Source: Auanema rhodensis (Eukaryota > Animalia > Nematoda). From it: DNA of 64,000 nt. Shown one piece after another: positions 13,001 through 27,506 of the stretch. Both the position numbers and the translations under genes were made by a program. The stretch is from positions 12,958,001 to 13,022,000 of the forward strand of contig OZ059899.1 in NCBI GenBank assembly GCA_964057225.1, given 5' to 3'. The notes beneath the pieces were generated by a model. The model saw only the letters and a list, made by a program, of their open reading frames with translations, did not search any database and was not told where the DNA came from. Numbering within the stretch: the stretch's first letter is position 1; every line of letters starts with the position of its first letter.

Positions 13001-16000
13001 TCCTGCGTGAAAAGTATATGAGCTCGTGTCCTTAATCGAATCAGGTAGGCGAAAGGCTTGCCGATCACAGTGACATCACGTTCATCCGTCAAGCTGCTGT
13101 CATGCTGGTCATTACTGTTGCAGGATAAAACGGCATAGTAACAAGTAGTATGTTAACTCGTTCTGTTCCTTCCCATCCTCTCAGGGTCATGTAAATTCAT
13201 CGATCATGAATGAAAGAGACAAACCGAAAGCATGCACAGTGCAACTTGTAGTGACATAATCACCAATCATCATGATGACAGACAAGTTGCGAACTCACAA
13301 CCTTATTGCAAATGTTGAGACTGAGATCTGAGCATCTTCCAAGTGTAAAGTTGCAGAAGAAGGTTTTTCTCTGCTGTCAAAACATGAATGGATACACTAC
13401 GCAATCCGTATAGGCCACCCATACCACTTTCATCATCGTTAACGGATTCTTGATCTGTTATCCATTCACATGTAAAGTTCATCGAAATGACATGAATACA
13501 TACAGTATGTGATCATTTGATGATTTATATGTTTTTTTTTATCTTGACTATGCCAAGTTTTAGGCTTTAAAACCATATAATTAGTTAGTTGTATAAATGA
13601 ATTGAAGAGATGAATCCAACGCCGGTTACCCCATCTGCCAAATGAACAACTAATCTTGTCACAATTTCATTTACAATTTATTCGCTTTATTCAAAGAATC
13701 AGAAGCTTAATGTTATTGAAATGTTGATAGAATAAGGTTAAGAGTTGATGATGATTTGCTTTCACAACAATCTGTTGACGACCAATGATTACCATATTAA
13801 CACTTATGAACAGACGTAAACGTTTTCATGTATTCCGTGCCATTGCATTGTGAAAATTATCGCAAATCGGTTGTTTCCTCTGTTCACTGTTCAATTTTCT
13901 TCGTATATTTCGTTTATCATGACCTTTCAAAGAATTTTTTCATTCAATCTTTGTCTAAATTTAGATGCTGACGTCTATATTTCCCTATTGACCTCACTGT
14001 TCTCCAAGTACGTAATGATGAAGAGTTAGAAAAGGGGCGGGACTGATCGTGAACACGACTTGAGTTAGGATCGGGAACCCCCCTCTTTACTCTCTAGGTT
14101 CAAATCAACAGAAGTCTGGCTATTTCAACCAATTTTGTTATGAAAACTGCTGAGATGTTAACTTGGAGGCAGTTGGTTGAAAAAATTTTGTTGGCTTTTT
14201 CATGATTCAACCCCAAAATCTATCAGCTAACTCATGTATACTTGCCTTACTTTCTATTCTTAACTAAGTTTGTCTGCTGCTTTTTTTTCATTTTTTCTAT
14301 CTCAGCTGGATAAGAAGGATGATACATCTGCGGGACTTCAACGACCAGGCAGAACATGGCACAATTTGAATCTACATGTAGCATTGATGACATAGCACTT
14401 GACTTAACATTAGTTTTTCTTATACCTTTTCGGTAAGCATGCTATTCCTCTAACGTATAAAGCTTTACAGACTATATAGGTCTTGAAAATTGGTTACTTT
14501 TTGTTGGTTAACACAAGGAAAACATGAATGCCTTCAATCTCTTTTATTCTTTTTGCATATATTCTTTAAAATTGAATATGTTTTTCTTTCTTATATGTTA
14601 ATATATTTAAAAGAAAAATATTGTTTTTTTTTGAGTTTTATTTATTGTTTTTTCTTGTTCTAAATCTTCTATCTCATATATACATTACTTTGTTGTTTTC
14701 AAATTTTTTAAAAACAAGCATGTATTCCTCAATTCTATTTCCTTCTCTTCTAAATGGCTCTTCTCTTTTCTAAATGGCTCTTTTCTCAATTCTTCCCCTA
14801 CCAGCTTGGAGCTTTATCTTTCACTGTCTTTCAACGTCGCCTCTAGTTTCTGATTTTCAATACTCTACAGACAGTATCTTAAGCTTTAATTATGCAACTC
14901 GTTAAATTATATGTATATTCCAAGATGACTTGTACAATTCTTCTCAATTCTTTTTTAATTTTTTCTTTTTTTTAAAGACATTGTCTGTATAGTTTTATAG
15001 TTTTATCTGCCTGTTTATCATTGGGGAAAACGGCATTCAAATTGTTGTTTGAGGGACTTGATGACCAGTTTGCGGATGCTTTCTGATCCTTCGCATGTCC
15101 TAGTTCCAAATGACAGACAGCATCTTTGAGCTTCAGAAGATGTGTCCTCATCTCCCTCGCTTTCAACTCGTCTTCTTTCCTTCTTTTTCTCGTTTCTCTT
15201 GCTCTTATCACTCTTTTCTTAACACATCTATCAGCCATCTTTGAGTTTCTTTCTCATTGCCTTCATCTGCTTCACCCTGCATCCTCTCTGTCATTGTCAT
15301 CGTACGGTCGTAACCATCATCTTCGTTTCCGGCTGCTCAAGTGTTTCGACAGTTCTCAACGAAGAACAAGACGGGAAGAAACAGCTAGCAAACAGCTTTC
15401 AGTTGGGTCATTCACGCCGTTTTTCATTTTTTTTCGTCGCCAAGGTTCAACCATAGCTTATGCAACTAGAGTAGTATCAGTGCTATTCACATGATCGTCG
15501 AACCATTACGCCATAACTTGAGCTGAGCAAAAGCAGAAATTCAGAAGTTAAAATTGAAGAAGTATATTTTGATTTTTTAAATTTTGGATGATCTTTTCAC
15601 CCACATATTGAGGGCATTTCTCCTTTTTTGTACATTTTTCTTTCTTATTTTGCTCTCACCCTCTCTCACCCCTCTCTCTCTCTCTCTCTCTTCCATTCAT
15701 CTCATATCTCTCATAATTTCTTTTTGTCTTTTTTCAGAAGATAGCATCCGTTTCATTTTTTTTTTCTCTTTAGATATACATATGTTTAAAGATATATGTA
15801 TATGCATGTTTTCGAGAGAAGAATGAGATTTTTTTCTTGGAACATTTCCTCTCCTGACATGTATGTTCACAGACTTGTTCAACTCATCTCTCTCGGATAA
15901 GTTGCGACCTTTCTCTCTGAGTTTTCTATAACAGTTCCAATCTTCTTAACTTTATGTCATGATATTCATTTATCAGAAATGATGATATCTTTATTTATAC

Positions 16001-19000
16001 GTATAGTTAATCGATTTCTTATAAATTTCACCAAAAATGCACGATTAGGATTGTCGCTTGTTCCTTTCATCCTATCACTTTTTCACAAAGGCCCATCATT
16101 TCCGACCGAGAACCGTTTGAGGAAGATGTTTCTGAATTTCGGGCTACATCCTTCATTTTGCATCACTCTTCATCTCTTATTTCAAATTCAATAATATGCC
16201 TTATATTCTTGATAGTTTTCAATCTGTGTCAATCAAGTCTTGTAGGGTGATATCATTGTTCACGCATCCTCGTGAGCAATATCATTCTTTCATGGCAAAA
16301 AAAGGTATAAACACCTACTTCATTTGCTATATTATGTTCCCAAATTTAGCAATGTTGGGCTGGCCAGATGTGTTTTAGAAGCTATAAGTTTGTCTTATCT
16401 TTCAGTAATTTAAATCGAAATGTTCGTCTTAAGACCTCCAGCAATGAATTTCTTGACTTTTTCGGTCATTTCAAAAGAAATTCATGCTTCTCTTATCTGT
16501 TTTTGCGTTCCATTTCAATCCATTAAAGCTATCGTCAAGTACTGTTGTGAATCATCAAATCCTGATTTTTTTTGCTGCTCATTTGTGCATTATTGCCCTC
16601 CTGTAGACATCAACGTTTCCGTTTACACACGCTGGCGGAAATCAGCCAAGCTTATCACGCTCCCAGCATAGGTTTTTATGAATTTACAATCAATTTAACC
16701 ATCTTTTGACTGTTTATGGTTGAAGTGTGTTGAAGCTTCTTGTTCTTTTCTTTCTATCAAGATCAGCTCCATTTCTTCTATCAAAACTGCAACTCCCCCC
16801 ATTGTTTCCCATCTTTTAACATGCTCACTCACATCTGAACTGTTGCCAGAAGGTGCTTGATGCCTCAATTATGAATACATGTTTCATGCTTATTCCCTGC
16901 ATTTCAATGATTTCAGTTATTTCAGTATATAAGTACTTTCGAACGTTTTTGGCATTGTTGACCAATTTTCATGTGCTAAGACATCTTTTTCTCGTTTTTC
17001 ACTTATTTACCTTCAGTTTAACTGTTTTATTTACTTTTGTAATTAATCTCATTCCGATTTGATTGCTCATTAAATGATTCTGATAACTTCCTGTTAATTG
17101 TCTTTATTTAACCTTAAAGTTCATCATCAACTAATTAGCATGTTACTTCTTAGAAACAACACGTGAACTCCACGTGCAGTATTCATTTCTCATCTTTGTT
17201 GTACTACTGACTGGTTGCATCATTTCCATATATGCTTGTTCTCTCAGCATTTTTCAAAATCCATCTATTCATCCATCTTTTCCTTGTTTCTTAACAAATC
17301 TATGTGTTCATATTGTTGATGAAATTTTTGAACGAACAAATGACCAAAGCTTAATGCTGCTCTATCAGTTTGAACTCTCCCCATCTCCCCACTCTTAATG
17401 ACTATTATCATTTATCATTTGAAGTCTTTTAATGTTTACTTTTATTTTTTACTTCAGATATACACGCTGAAGATTATTTTACTTACTTAAAGCTATAAAA
17501 AGCTCGTATTTGATGTAGGAATTTCAGCAATTTACTTACTAAAAGTAAAGTTCAATTAGATTAATTTCTTGTTTCTTTGCTTCTTTTATACAAAAATTCA
17601 AATACTTTTATTAGTACTTGAACATGAGATTATACAAGAAGTTGAACTGTTCAAATCTGCTCTTTTCATCTCTTATTTAGCTTATTTGTATTTTTCCTTC
17701 TTCAAAAGAGATAAAAAAAAACAAATTTTTTTCTTCTGCTCTGTTCTTCAACTTTTCCAGCTTTTCCAGCTTTTTCATGACATTTCCTGTGTTCTGCTTC
17801 TAACCCTCTTTATCTGATTGCTGTTGTTGATATTGTTGACTGAAATATGTATATATGCATACGTAGTATAGTTATAGTTAAATATATGTATATTTTACAT
17901 ATGTAACAACAAAATTATGAGCATCATCTTGAAAAATGGAAACTTCAAATACTCTCATTCTCTTTCTCTCTACATTCTTTCCCTTTTTTTAGAAGTTTTT
18001 CTCCCACAACTCTTTCAGCTATTATAGCTCTAGATGCTTTCCAATGCTTATGCTTATTCCCTTCGTACTTATCTTTCTTTGATATATGATCATGTCAACT
18101 TGAACAAATCTACTGTTCATACCATATAGTACGTTGAAACTCGTAATTCATCAGGACATTGCTCAATTTTCCTCAAAATTCATTTGAAATTTCGCTATTT
18201 GTCCTTTTCATTTTACCTTTTTTTGATTTTGCCCCAGGTATTGTCTTGTGTCTTCTATATGTTTGTGTGTTGTGTACATGTGGCTTTATTCCTTTTTGAC
18301 TGACTCATCTGTCTCTTCTTAGCACTCGGAATTTCATTCATTTTTTCTTTTGCAATTATGAACATTTAATGTTCATTTGCAACTATTTTATGAACAATAT
18401 TCTTATAATATTTATTGAAATTTCTATTTTAATTGTCTTCTATTCACAATGTTCTATTGTTTTTTTTCATCAAATTTTTGGAGATTTTTGTTATCAACAC
18501 TTACAGGGTCGGCGGTAAGCCGCCACCCGTCGTCTGCTGGCTTGTTTCTTCCAAATATGGTCAGCGTTAATGATATCAGAATTAATCTGGTCAGATGCTG
18601 ACTCGAACAGTCTAATTGGAAAGACCTATCTGCTCATCATTCCTAGACACATCCTCTTTTTTTAACCTTTCATTCAATTAACACATGCTTTCACTTCATT
18701 TTCAATCAAAAAATCGTTTTTTTCTGCTCCAAAACGCAATTAATCAAAGTTTTTGTTGTTGTTTCTATCATCATTGGCTTTATGTGCTTTGTCATGCACA
18801 AATTTGGGTGGTCAGATAAGGTCAAGAATTCATGTTAAATTCAATCTTGAACTTTCTTCTTTTTTTTCGTTTTTTTGTTGAATCTATCGCCTTTTTTTTC
18901 AACAAAATATAACAAAAAATCCAATTTTTATGATATGAAAAGTGAGAAAAAACAGATTAAGACTGATAACGAATTACAACCGTTCAGCAGCCGTTTTTTC

Positions 19001-19682
19001 CTTTTTTTCTTTTTTTTTCTTTCAAATAGTTCGTTGAAGTTAATTTGTTGAATTTAAAATAAGTTTTCATTATTTGATTACATCTTAAAGTATTTGGATG
19101 TTTCAAGAAATAAAATTGAAATGATGTACTTTTAAGAAAATTAAACGAAATTTAAGGAATTTTGTCGTTAAATCTGAATGTTTTAGTTAATCATATGATG
19201 GGTAGTTTATATTGAATGTTTCAGCTTTCTTCATCTCATTTCCTTAATTTCTCAATCTCTGCTCATCATTTCCAAAGTTTCTTCTTATCTCATATGCTTT
19301 GTCAACCATATTTTCATGTTGAGCTTATGTGCATTAGTGTTAACCTCTCTTTCAATGATTTCAATTTGCTCGCAGTTTTTATATGGTGCAGTTCACGTGA
19401 AATGACGTCGATGACGTGAATGATATTTTACTTTGACTATTCAAAATGGAACGGTTGTTCTCGTCAATTCTGTTGATGGTGTATGCTCCTCAACTCATTC
19501 ATCTCTTCTATTATCTTCCAACTTCTTCTGTTTCTTTCTTCTTTCTTGATCATTTTTTGTTCCTTTCTTTACCTTTTCTATTCTCTTGCCATCCAGTCAT
19601 TCATAATTTTTCATTTTCTTCATTTTCATCGTCGTTCGTGTCCTTCTCAATCACCAACACCTCCCACCTCCTCCTCTTCCTC

Positions 19683-19737
19683 CCACACCATCACCACCAC
19701 CATCAGCAGCAGCAGCAGCAGCATCATCATCACCACC
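19683..19737 (+). repeat. Compound (CAC/CAG/CAT)n trinucleotide repeat upstream of the SBSPON-like gene
   Basis: caccatcaccaccaccatcagcagcagcagcagcagcatcatcatcaccac. Confidence 0.9.
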
Positions 19738-19865
19738 GTCGTTCTCGTCATCTTCATAATCTTTCGCTGTTTCTCTCACTTCTTTTCTAATTTTTTTCTC
19801 TTATCTTCGTCATAGATTCTCGATACTACTTATTCTTAATTCAAACACGTATTTCAGATGTTCTG

Positions 19866-21836
19866 ATGCCCAGATTGTCTTTTTTCTTCGTTCTGTTACT
19901 TATTTTCTACCACTACCGCTTTGTAGAAGCCGGATGCTATCAGCAACGCTTGTGCTGTAAAGGTCGTAACAATACCTGTCGAGTATGTTTCATTTCATCT
20001 CATAAATTTCAGTATTTCACATCACCATTTCAGGCTTATGATGACGGGATAGATCACCTACCAACCATTAGTCCTCTTTCAAATCTTCCCAAGTAAGACA
20101 TCATCCCAATTCATTTGATACTTATTTCATTTCCTTAACATGCTTGTCTATTCATCTTGAGATTGTTTCAGAGAAAATGGAAAACAAGTAGGATTTCAGA
20201 CGCCGTATTTCAAAACGACTGAAAATGGATATGATCTAGTTTATCCAGCGGTAAGTTTTGAAAATTGCAAAACATATGCTTATTTCAATATATCGTTACA
20301 GGTTGTAGAGGTAGATAGTCAAGAAAAGATAGGCAAACTTGTTATGCCAGACGGTATCCAATTAGAAGGATCTTCAGCTAATAATTTGTATTCAAAATAC
20401 GGTAAAACCCTTTCTTTATTCAGATTTCTTTGAACAAATCTTCATTTATCAATTATTTTTCATATAACTTATATCATTTTAAGGCAAAGAAGATGATGGT
20501 CCAGCTAAATTAGTTCAAAAAGCTCGAACGTCAAGTGGCAATAGTACTCCAGCGCCAAAGATAACACATCTGATATTTGGAAAAGCTGAGACATTAGATG
20601 AAAATCCTGTAGAAAAGCTTGTCCATCAATCAAACAGTGGATCCGGAAGACCCCGTCATTTGCTTTTGAGGTTTGACAAGTTCTTCATCTTGTTTTCTGA
20701 CTCATCATCTTATATTTCCAGATATTCTGTAATATCACGACATCTGCCTCTTACTGTATCCTCCTCATCCAATTCTGCCGATGATTCTAATCACGACACC
20801 TACAGTATTCAGGTACGTTTTGAAATAATTATTTTTCTTTCATCATTTTGAATTTACTTTGTTAAAATAATTTTCTTTAGTATTTGGAAGCTGCACCCAT
20901 TGATTGCTACTGTGATGAAGCTTGTATAGGACTAGGAGACTGCTGTTCCGATTATACTTTTGTCTGTCCACGTATGTTTCACTTGTTCTATGATATGGAT
21001 ATGCAAATTTTGAACTTTCAATATATGTTTTCTCTTTAGCTAAAGATTGTCAAGTTGGAGAATGGCAAGCTTGGGACGCTTGTAAGCCAGATAAAGGAAG
21101 ATGTGGAACAGGTAAGCTATTGCATATCTGTTTAACTATATAGAGATTACAATGATTCATGTGTACCTGCTTTAAGGTGTTCAAGAACGACTACGTCACA
21201 TAACTCAAGATCGAGATGGTGGAGGAGCTGAATGTCCACCTTTGAAAGAAATGCGTACCTGCTTCAAGGAATGTCCACGACGTCATTTGAGTAGGTTGAA
21301 TGCTATTTTTCTTACATAAAAACTGGTTTATAGATGATTTAACTACTGTTGCATTATTACTTGATTACCGTCATAATACAACGCGAAAAAGTCTGAAGAC
21401 CCGTAGTCATTTAACACGCCATCAAGCTGAAAAACTTCGAACAGCTCAATAGTTTGTTTTATTATTCATAGCGAATATATTACTATTTGTAATTATAGTT
21501 ATTGTGTAACATATGAGATTGGTTGGGTTAATCGAAACTGCTTGAATCGACAGATTCGCTCACGTCTTCATCGTGGAGCTTCGATATGTGCCGAATGCCA
21601 ACCGGAAGCGCAGCTTCATCGAAATACTCCAAGGTATATTGACTTTACTTTGAAATCGTTTTTTCTAATTATCTAATAATTACAGATGTGCATCAGATCT
21701 TGAAGATGGAGATGAAGGTTTTTGGAAGCTTATAGGTCCGAAATCATGTAATGGCATCTGGCGCCGAATACGACGGACTGATAACTGTCGTTGTTCTAAA
21801 GATCTCTCACAACTGTCACCATTTTTACTTGTTTAG
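19866..21836 (+). CDS. Secreted somatomedin-B and thrombospondin type-1 domain protein (SBSPON/RPE-spondin-like), about 12 exons
   Basis: Signal peptide followed by GCYQQRLCCKGRNNTC; CYCDEACIGLGDCCSDYTFVC (SMB); DCQVGEWQAWDACKPDKGRCGTGVQERLR...GGAECPPLKEMRTC (TSP1); and C-terminal YCVTYEIGW...ICAECQPEA...GFWKLIGPKSCNGIWRR...CRC...FLLV*. Splice sites are canonical. Confidence 0.9.
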
Positions 21837-22106
21837 TGTGATGTCGTCGTTTTTCTTGTGATATTTTCATACGACGAACAGCAGAATATTTAGTTTTCCC
21901 GCAAAGTTTTCCGGTCAAGTTATTTTAAAGCTCAACTTCATCAGTATTCCTATTCTCTTTCTGCTATTTTCTGTCTTTTCATATTCTTCCTCTTCTTTTT
22001 TTATTTCTTTCATTAAGTTCATCGTTTGTTTCACAAAACAAATGTTTGTAAACTTAATTGGACGCTCAGAACGGTTGTGCATTACATTCATTCTCACTCC
22101 CTCACT

Positions 22107-22164
<58 letters not shown>

Positions 22165-22831
22165 TCTCATTGCCTCTCAAACTGTATTCTTCTCTATACT
22201 ATTTCCAGTCCATGAAATCCCGGTTCTTGAAAAGAAAATGTTCATTAGAGGACCCCCTTACAGATATATCCATATATATTATTTTTTTAAAAAAAAAGAA
22301 ATACATTTTAGAGTTTAATTGATTATTTTCTGTTTAGAACTAAATAGATTTTATTATAATTAGTTCTAAATAGAGAATATATTCTTTGTTTTAACCTATT
22401 TTATATGTACAGTTTTTCTGACATTCTATACTATATGCATAATATACGAAGTAGCGTTCTCATTTTTATTATAATTTTGCATTTCGGAGTCAGTTTCACT
22501 TTTTTAGATTTTAATATACAAGCCCTTGTTTTTGTAATTTTTTCTCGAAAAAAATCAGAAAATCATCCTCATTCTTGTGTGTCTCCTGAACGGAATTCTT
22601 CGAAAATGCTTTATCATACTATAACGAGCTTCGCTTGTATATGTATTACTGTACACTAAACTTTGATCCTGTCTTATCGCTTGTCACAACTTTCATTTGA
22701 AGCTATTTCTTCATTGCTCTCAAGCATGTACCAATATCTTTGTAAATGGATTATAATGACTTCTTTTCTATTGTATTCAATATAATTTGTAAATATTCCA
22801 GAGAATATGTTGAGATGATATAGGATTTTCC

Positions 22832-22875
<44 letters not shown>

Positions 22876-23818
22876 CTTCTTTTTCTCTGATAAGCATTTC
22901 CCATTTTCATACACTTTGCCACAATTTCGGTGATCTTCATTTCTAATATTTAATTTTAATAAAAAAGTTTTTTTTTTGTTCCGTCTTTTTTTCAATTTAA
23001 AGCAAAAGTTGATGATGCATGAGGCTTATTTCTTGTCATCCCCAAAGGATATGGAAAGAAGTGATACTTACTCAGTTTCTCAAATCTTTCTTTTTCTCTG
23101 AATAAGAAAAGAATTGACAGACGTATGAAAATATTATTTTAATAAAAATTTATTATTTTTAATTAGCATAATTAGCATAATTATCTTATAAATTTGAAAA
23201 AAAACTATACATATGATTATTATAAAATAGGAATTGAGACTATAGCAAATGGAGGAATAGCAGCCTGAGTTATACATCAAACTTTTCAACATTTTTCATA
23301 TTTAACTTTGAAGTTTTTACTTAACACAAGCTTTTTGTACTTTTACTCTCTATCTCTCTCTCTCTTCCTCTCTGCTTAAATTGTCATCTTTCTCTTCATT
23401 TTCTTACCAGTTTTCAGAGGAGTAATTCTTGGAGCCAACTCATTTCCTCAAAATATATTTTCTTTCTGTTTTTCAAGATTGGGACAACCATAGCGGCATC
23501 GCAGATGGAATAATTTCTTCAAATACATATTTCTTAAACAAATAAAAAGAAAAAAATGAATAATTATAGTTATATTTCATATAATTTCAATGATTCATAT
23601 GTTGTTTTTGATTTCTTTTTTCAAAAAAAAAATAAAAAATAAAACTAATATATACTATATATACATATAATATATCTTAATCTGTACTTTAATGTTTGAC
23701 CTAATGAAAATTGTAAAAAACTGGCGGTTTGGGTATTTTTTTCTTCAAAAAAACTAAAAATTACAACTTCTGCTACTACTTACTTAACAACTTATTTGAT
23801 TATCTTATAGCACAGGTC

Positions 23819-24595
23819 ATGATGAGTTGTCTCCCAAGTTTTCTAATTTTGCTTCTTCTACCATTCGGAGTATTCAGTTTAGTTACAGATTCGGTATGTT
23901 TCATCCTTCTTGTACTTCTGATGATGTTTTTACTATCAGAATCAGAAGATTAAGTTTTATAGTTTATAATTGAATATCATTATACAACTTGATAGTTTAG
24001 ATTATTGGAGAAGTTAAATGTGGTTTCAAGCCTACAATCGGAACATTAGTTGAAGTCTGGGCTAAGACAAGTGGTAAGTTATAACTCAGAATGTCCAGTT
24101 AATGTAAAATATTGTTTTAGATGATTGTTCTGATATGCTTTTGGATGAAGTAATGGCTGGAATAGGAGGCAAATTCAGTTTTGAGATTCCAGCCAATTTC
24201 GGCATTCAGCGTTATATACTGGTTAAGCATGATTGTAATGATGAGCATACGGTAAGTATTCAATTACATATTATGGTTTTAGATTTCAGAATTAATTTCT
24301 TTTTTGTCGTTACAAGACCATTAATTTTGTCTTTTTACCTATTATCTAAGCTCATTATCCAGCACCTTATCGGTTCCTCATTTCACAGACAATTCAAATA
24401 TTATATATATAAAGGATATAATCCAGAGATCTAACTATATAAATAGTATAATATTCCAGCAAATTATTTATTTGTTTTCATTTCATACAGCCAGGATTAC
24501 GCGTTTCACGATACGACATCGAATCTGGTCAGACACAATACAACCTGGATTTATCGGACTTTAGATTCATTGACTCCAGAATTCGTGAAGCATAA
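23819..24595 (+). CDS. Divergent transthyretin-like (TTR-52 family) secreted protein A, 4 exons, about 127 aa
   Basis: Signal peptide, then IIGEVKCGFKP...VEVWAK...CSDMLLDEV...GKF...RYILVKHDC...PGLRVSRYD. It has the GxxxC and HxC motifs and a TTR-like intron pattern. Confidence 0.8.
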
Positions 24596-26063
24596 AAGGT
24601 TGAAGCTTGAAGCATAGTCTGGATGTGCCTTCCTGTACATATAGATCGACCCACTCATACATCGAACATGCATCACAGAACTTGCGTTTTGTTTTTTTTT
24701 GTTTCAAAACCATTTTTATGAAATTTTGTTGATTATTTTTTTTAAAAATAGCAGCTGAAAAGCTAATACATGTGAATAATAGGCCACGTTTTTGATCTAT
24801 GTTTTCTTATTTTTTCCATTTTTTTCTTTACATATCCCTAGAGATTTTCGTAAAATAAATAATGCTAATGTAATTAGTTTGAAATATATATATTCTGGTG
24901 GGTTATAAGCTCCAAAATATGTATTTGAAGATATGACGACTTCAAGAAAAATGGCTCGTTTACTCTCTTTTTCTTTCTCCCCCTCTTTACTTTTTTTCGA
25001 AATCTCTCAGACTCACTCTCTCAGACTTTCCCTCTCTCTCTCTTTTGTTCTCTCATTCCTTTCTATTTATACTAATTTCTACATGTTTCATCGATTCCTC
25101 TTTATGAAACTGATAGCTGATAGCTGAAGCTCAGGTCTCGTTCTGTTTTTCTTGCGTCCAGACTGAAGAGGACGTACTGGGTGACAGATTAATCCCTTGA
25201 GGCGTTCTGAGCACGGAGAAAAGAGTTTTGGAATATGGCCTTTGCTCCTCCTCTTATGCTTCCTCCTCGTTGTCGTGTTGTTCCTTTCTGGTTTGTGAGT
25301 ATGTGAGTGATGTCGTTCCTGATGTATCTCTTCGCGGAAGCTGCACGTCGTCATAGGTATGTCGCAGATATACATACATATCTACAAATAGATTCTTTGA
25401 TGAATGTTGATAGGAGAATGTTTTGCAGTAGCATCGCCTTCAGAAGCTTTATCGCCATTTACACATGTTGAAGCGCTTAACATCTTTATGAAGAGTGAAG
25501 ATAGATGATTCTTCAATTACAATTCTGCATTTGGTTCTTTAACCTTTGGGCTATGATCATCAAACATGTCTCTATTCATGTATATAGTACATACAATTGT
25601 TCTTTTTTTCATTACTTACTATGATGATTATGCTGTATATGCTTCAATCTCATGCTTGAACCATTCACAACAGTTTTCTTATCTAACTTGAACCGGAAGT
25701 TTACATGCTTGTCAGAATTTCTGCCGCAAAATGAACTTTTTTTTCTTTTTTTTTTGGCGCAAAACAGGAGGTAGTTCATGCCAATTAGAAACAAAATTAA
25801 TCTAGTTTATAGTTTTATTTGTGAGAAAATGAGCCAAAACCCGTGTGTAGTAAGGAGTAAAGAGATGAATATCTCTATATTCCTTCTCCTATCTATAGAT
25901 ATTTATATATTTCGCTTTGTATTATTATATGAATGATGCAAAAATATTATTTTTATCTTCAAGTACTTACGTTCGTTTTCAATTTTTATTTCATTTAGCT
26001 CTTGTAGTCGTCATACTTCGATGTGCTTTTACTGTATATCATCCATGGTTTCCCCTGGTCCTC

Positions 26064-26116
<53 letters not shown>

Positions 26117-26607
26117 GATTAATTTCTTACAACCTAAACACTTATGTATTCGTTTGAAGACTTTTTACTTTTCTAAAAAAAGTAAAATGCTGTTAAATGC
26201 TAATCTCCTCATCCATATCACATAGCAGTAGACGAGACGTACAAGACTGATGATGATTAGTGGAGTGCACAATGAGCAAAATCCATCAACTTTGTGATTT
26301 TCATGCTTGATGTACGACTAGGGAGATCATCTATCTATCTATGTATATGTTCCGTTAGCTAATCACAGCCATCATGCATAGCTCGTTTATCCTCTCAATC
26401 ATTAGCTGTCATCTGAATTTGGTCTTCGTTTTTTAGTTTTTTTCTGCTCATAATTCTTGTTGTTTTGAGCTTATTTGACTAAGACGTGTTTTAGCATTTT
26501 TTGCTCTTTTTCTTGTTTTTGACTTCATTTTCAAATTTTTTTTTGATATTTGTTATGGTACGTCGTCACTTCAATTTTTAGTTTTTTACTCTTCCAGAGA
26601 AAGAGTC

Positions 26608-27506
<899 letters not shown>

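Noticed and set aside
19446-19815. ORFs with poly-His/Gln or poly-Ser
   Set aside because: They come from a trinucleotide repeat in low-complexity pyrimidine-rich DNA, with no splice-compatible link to the downstream gene.
25154-25200. CTGAAGA inside a cgtcc/ggacg stem, hammerhead-like
   Set aside because: There is no stem II closed by GAAA and no stem III or cleavage triplet.
25188-25297. Frame encoding a hydrophobic helix (IWPLLLLLCFLLVVVLFLSG)
   Set aside because: No start codon or partner exons were found, and CT-rich sequence gives such peptides by chance.
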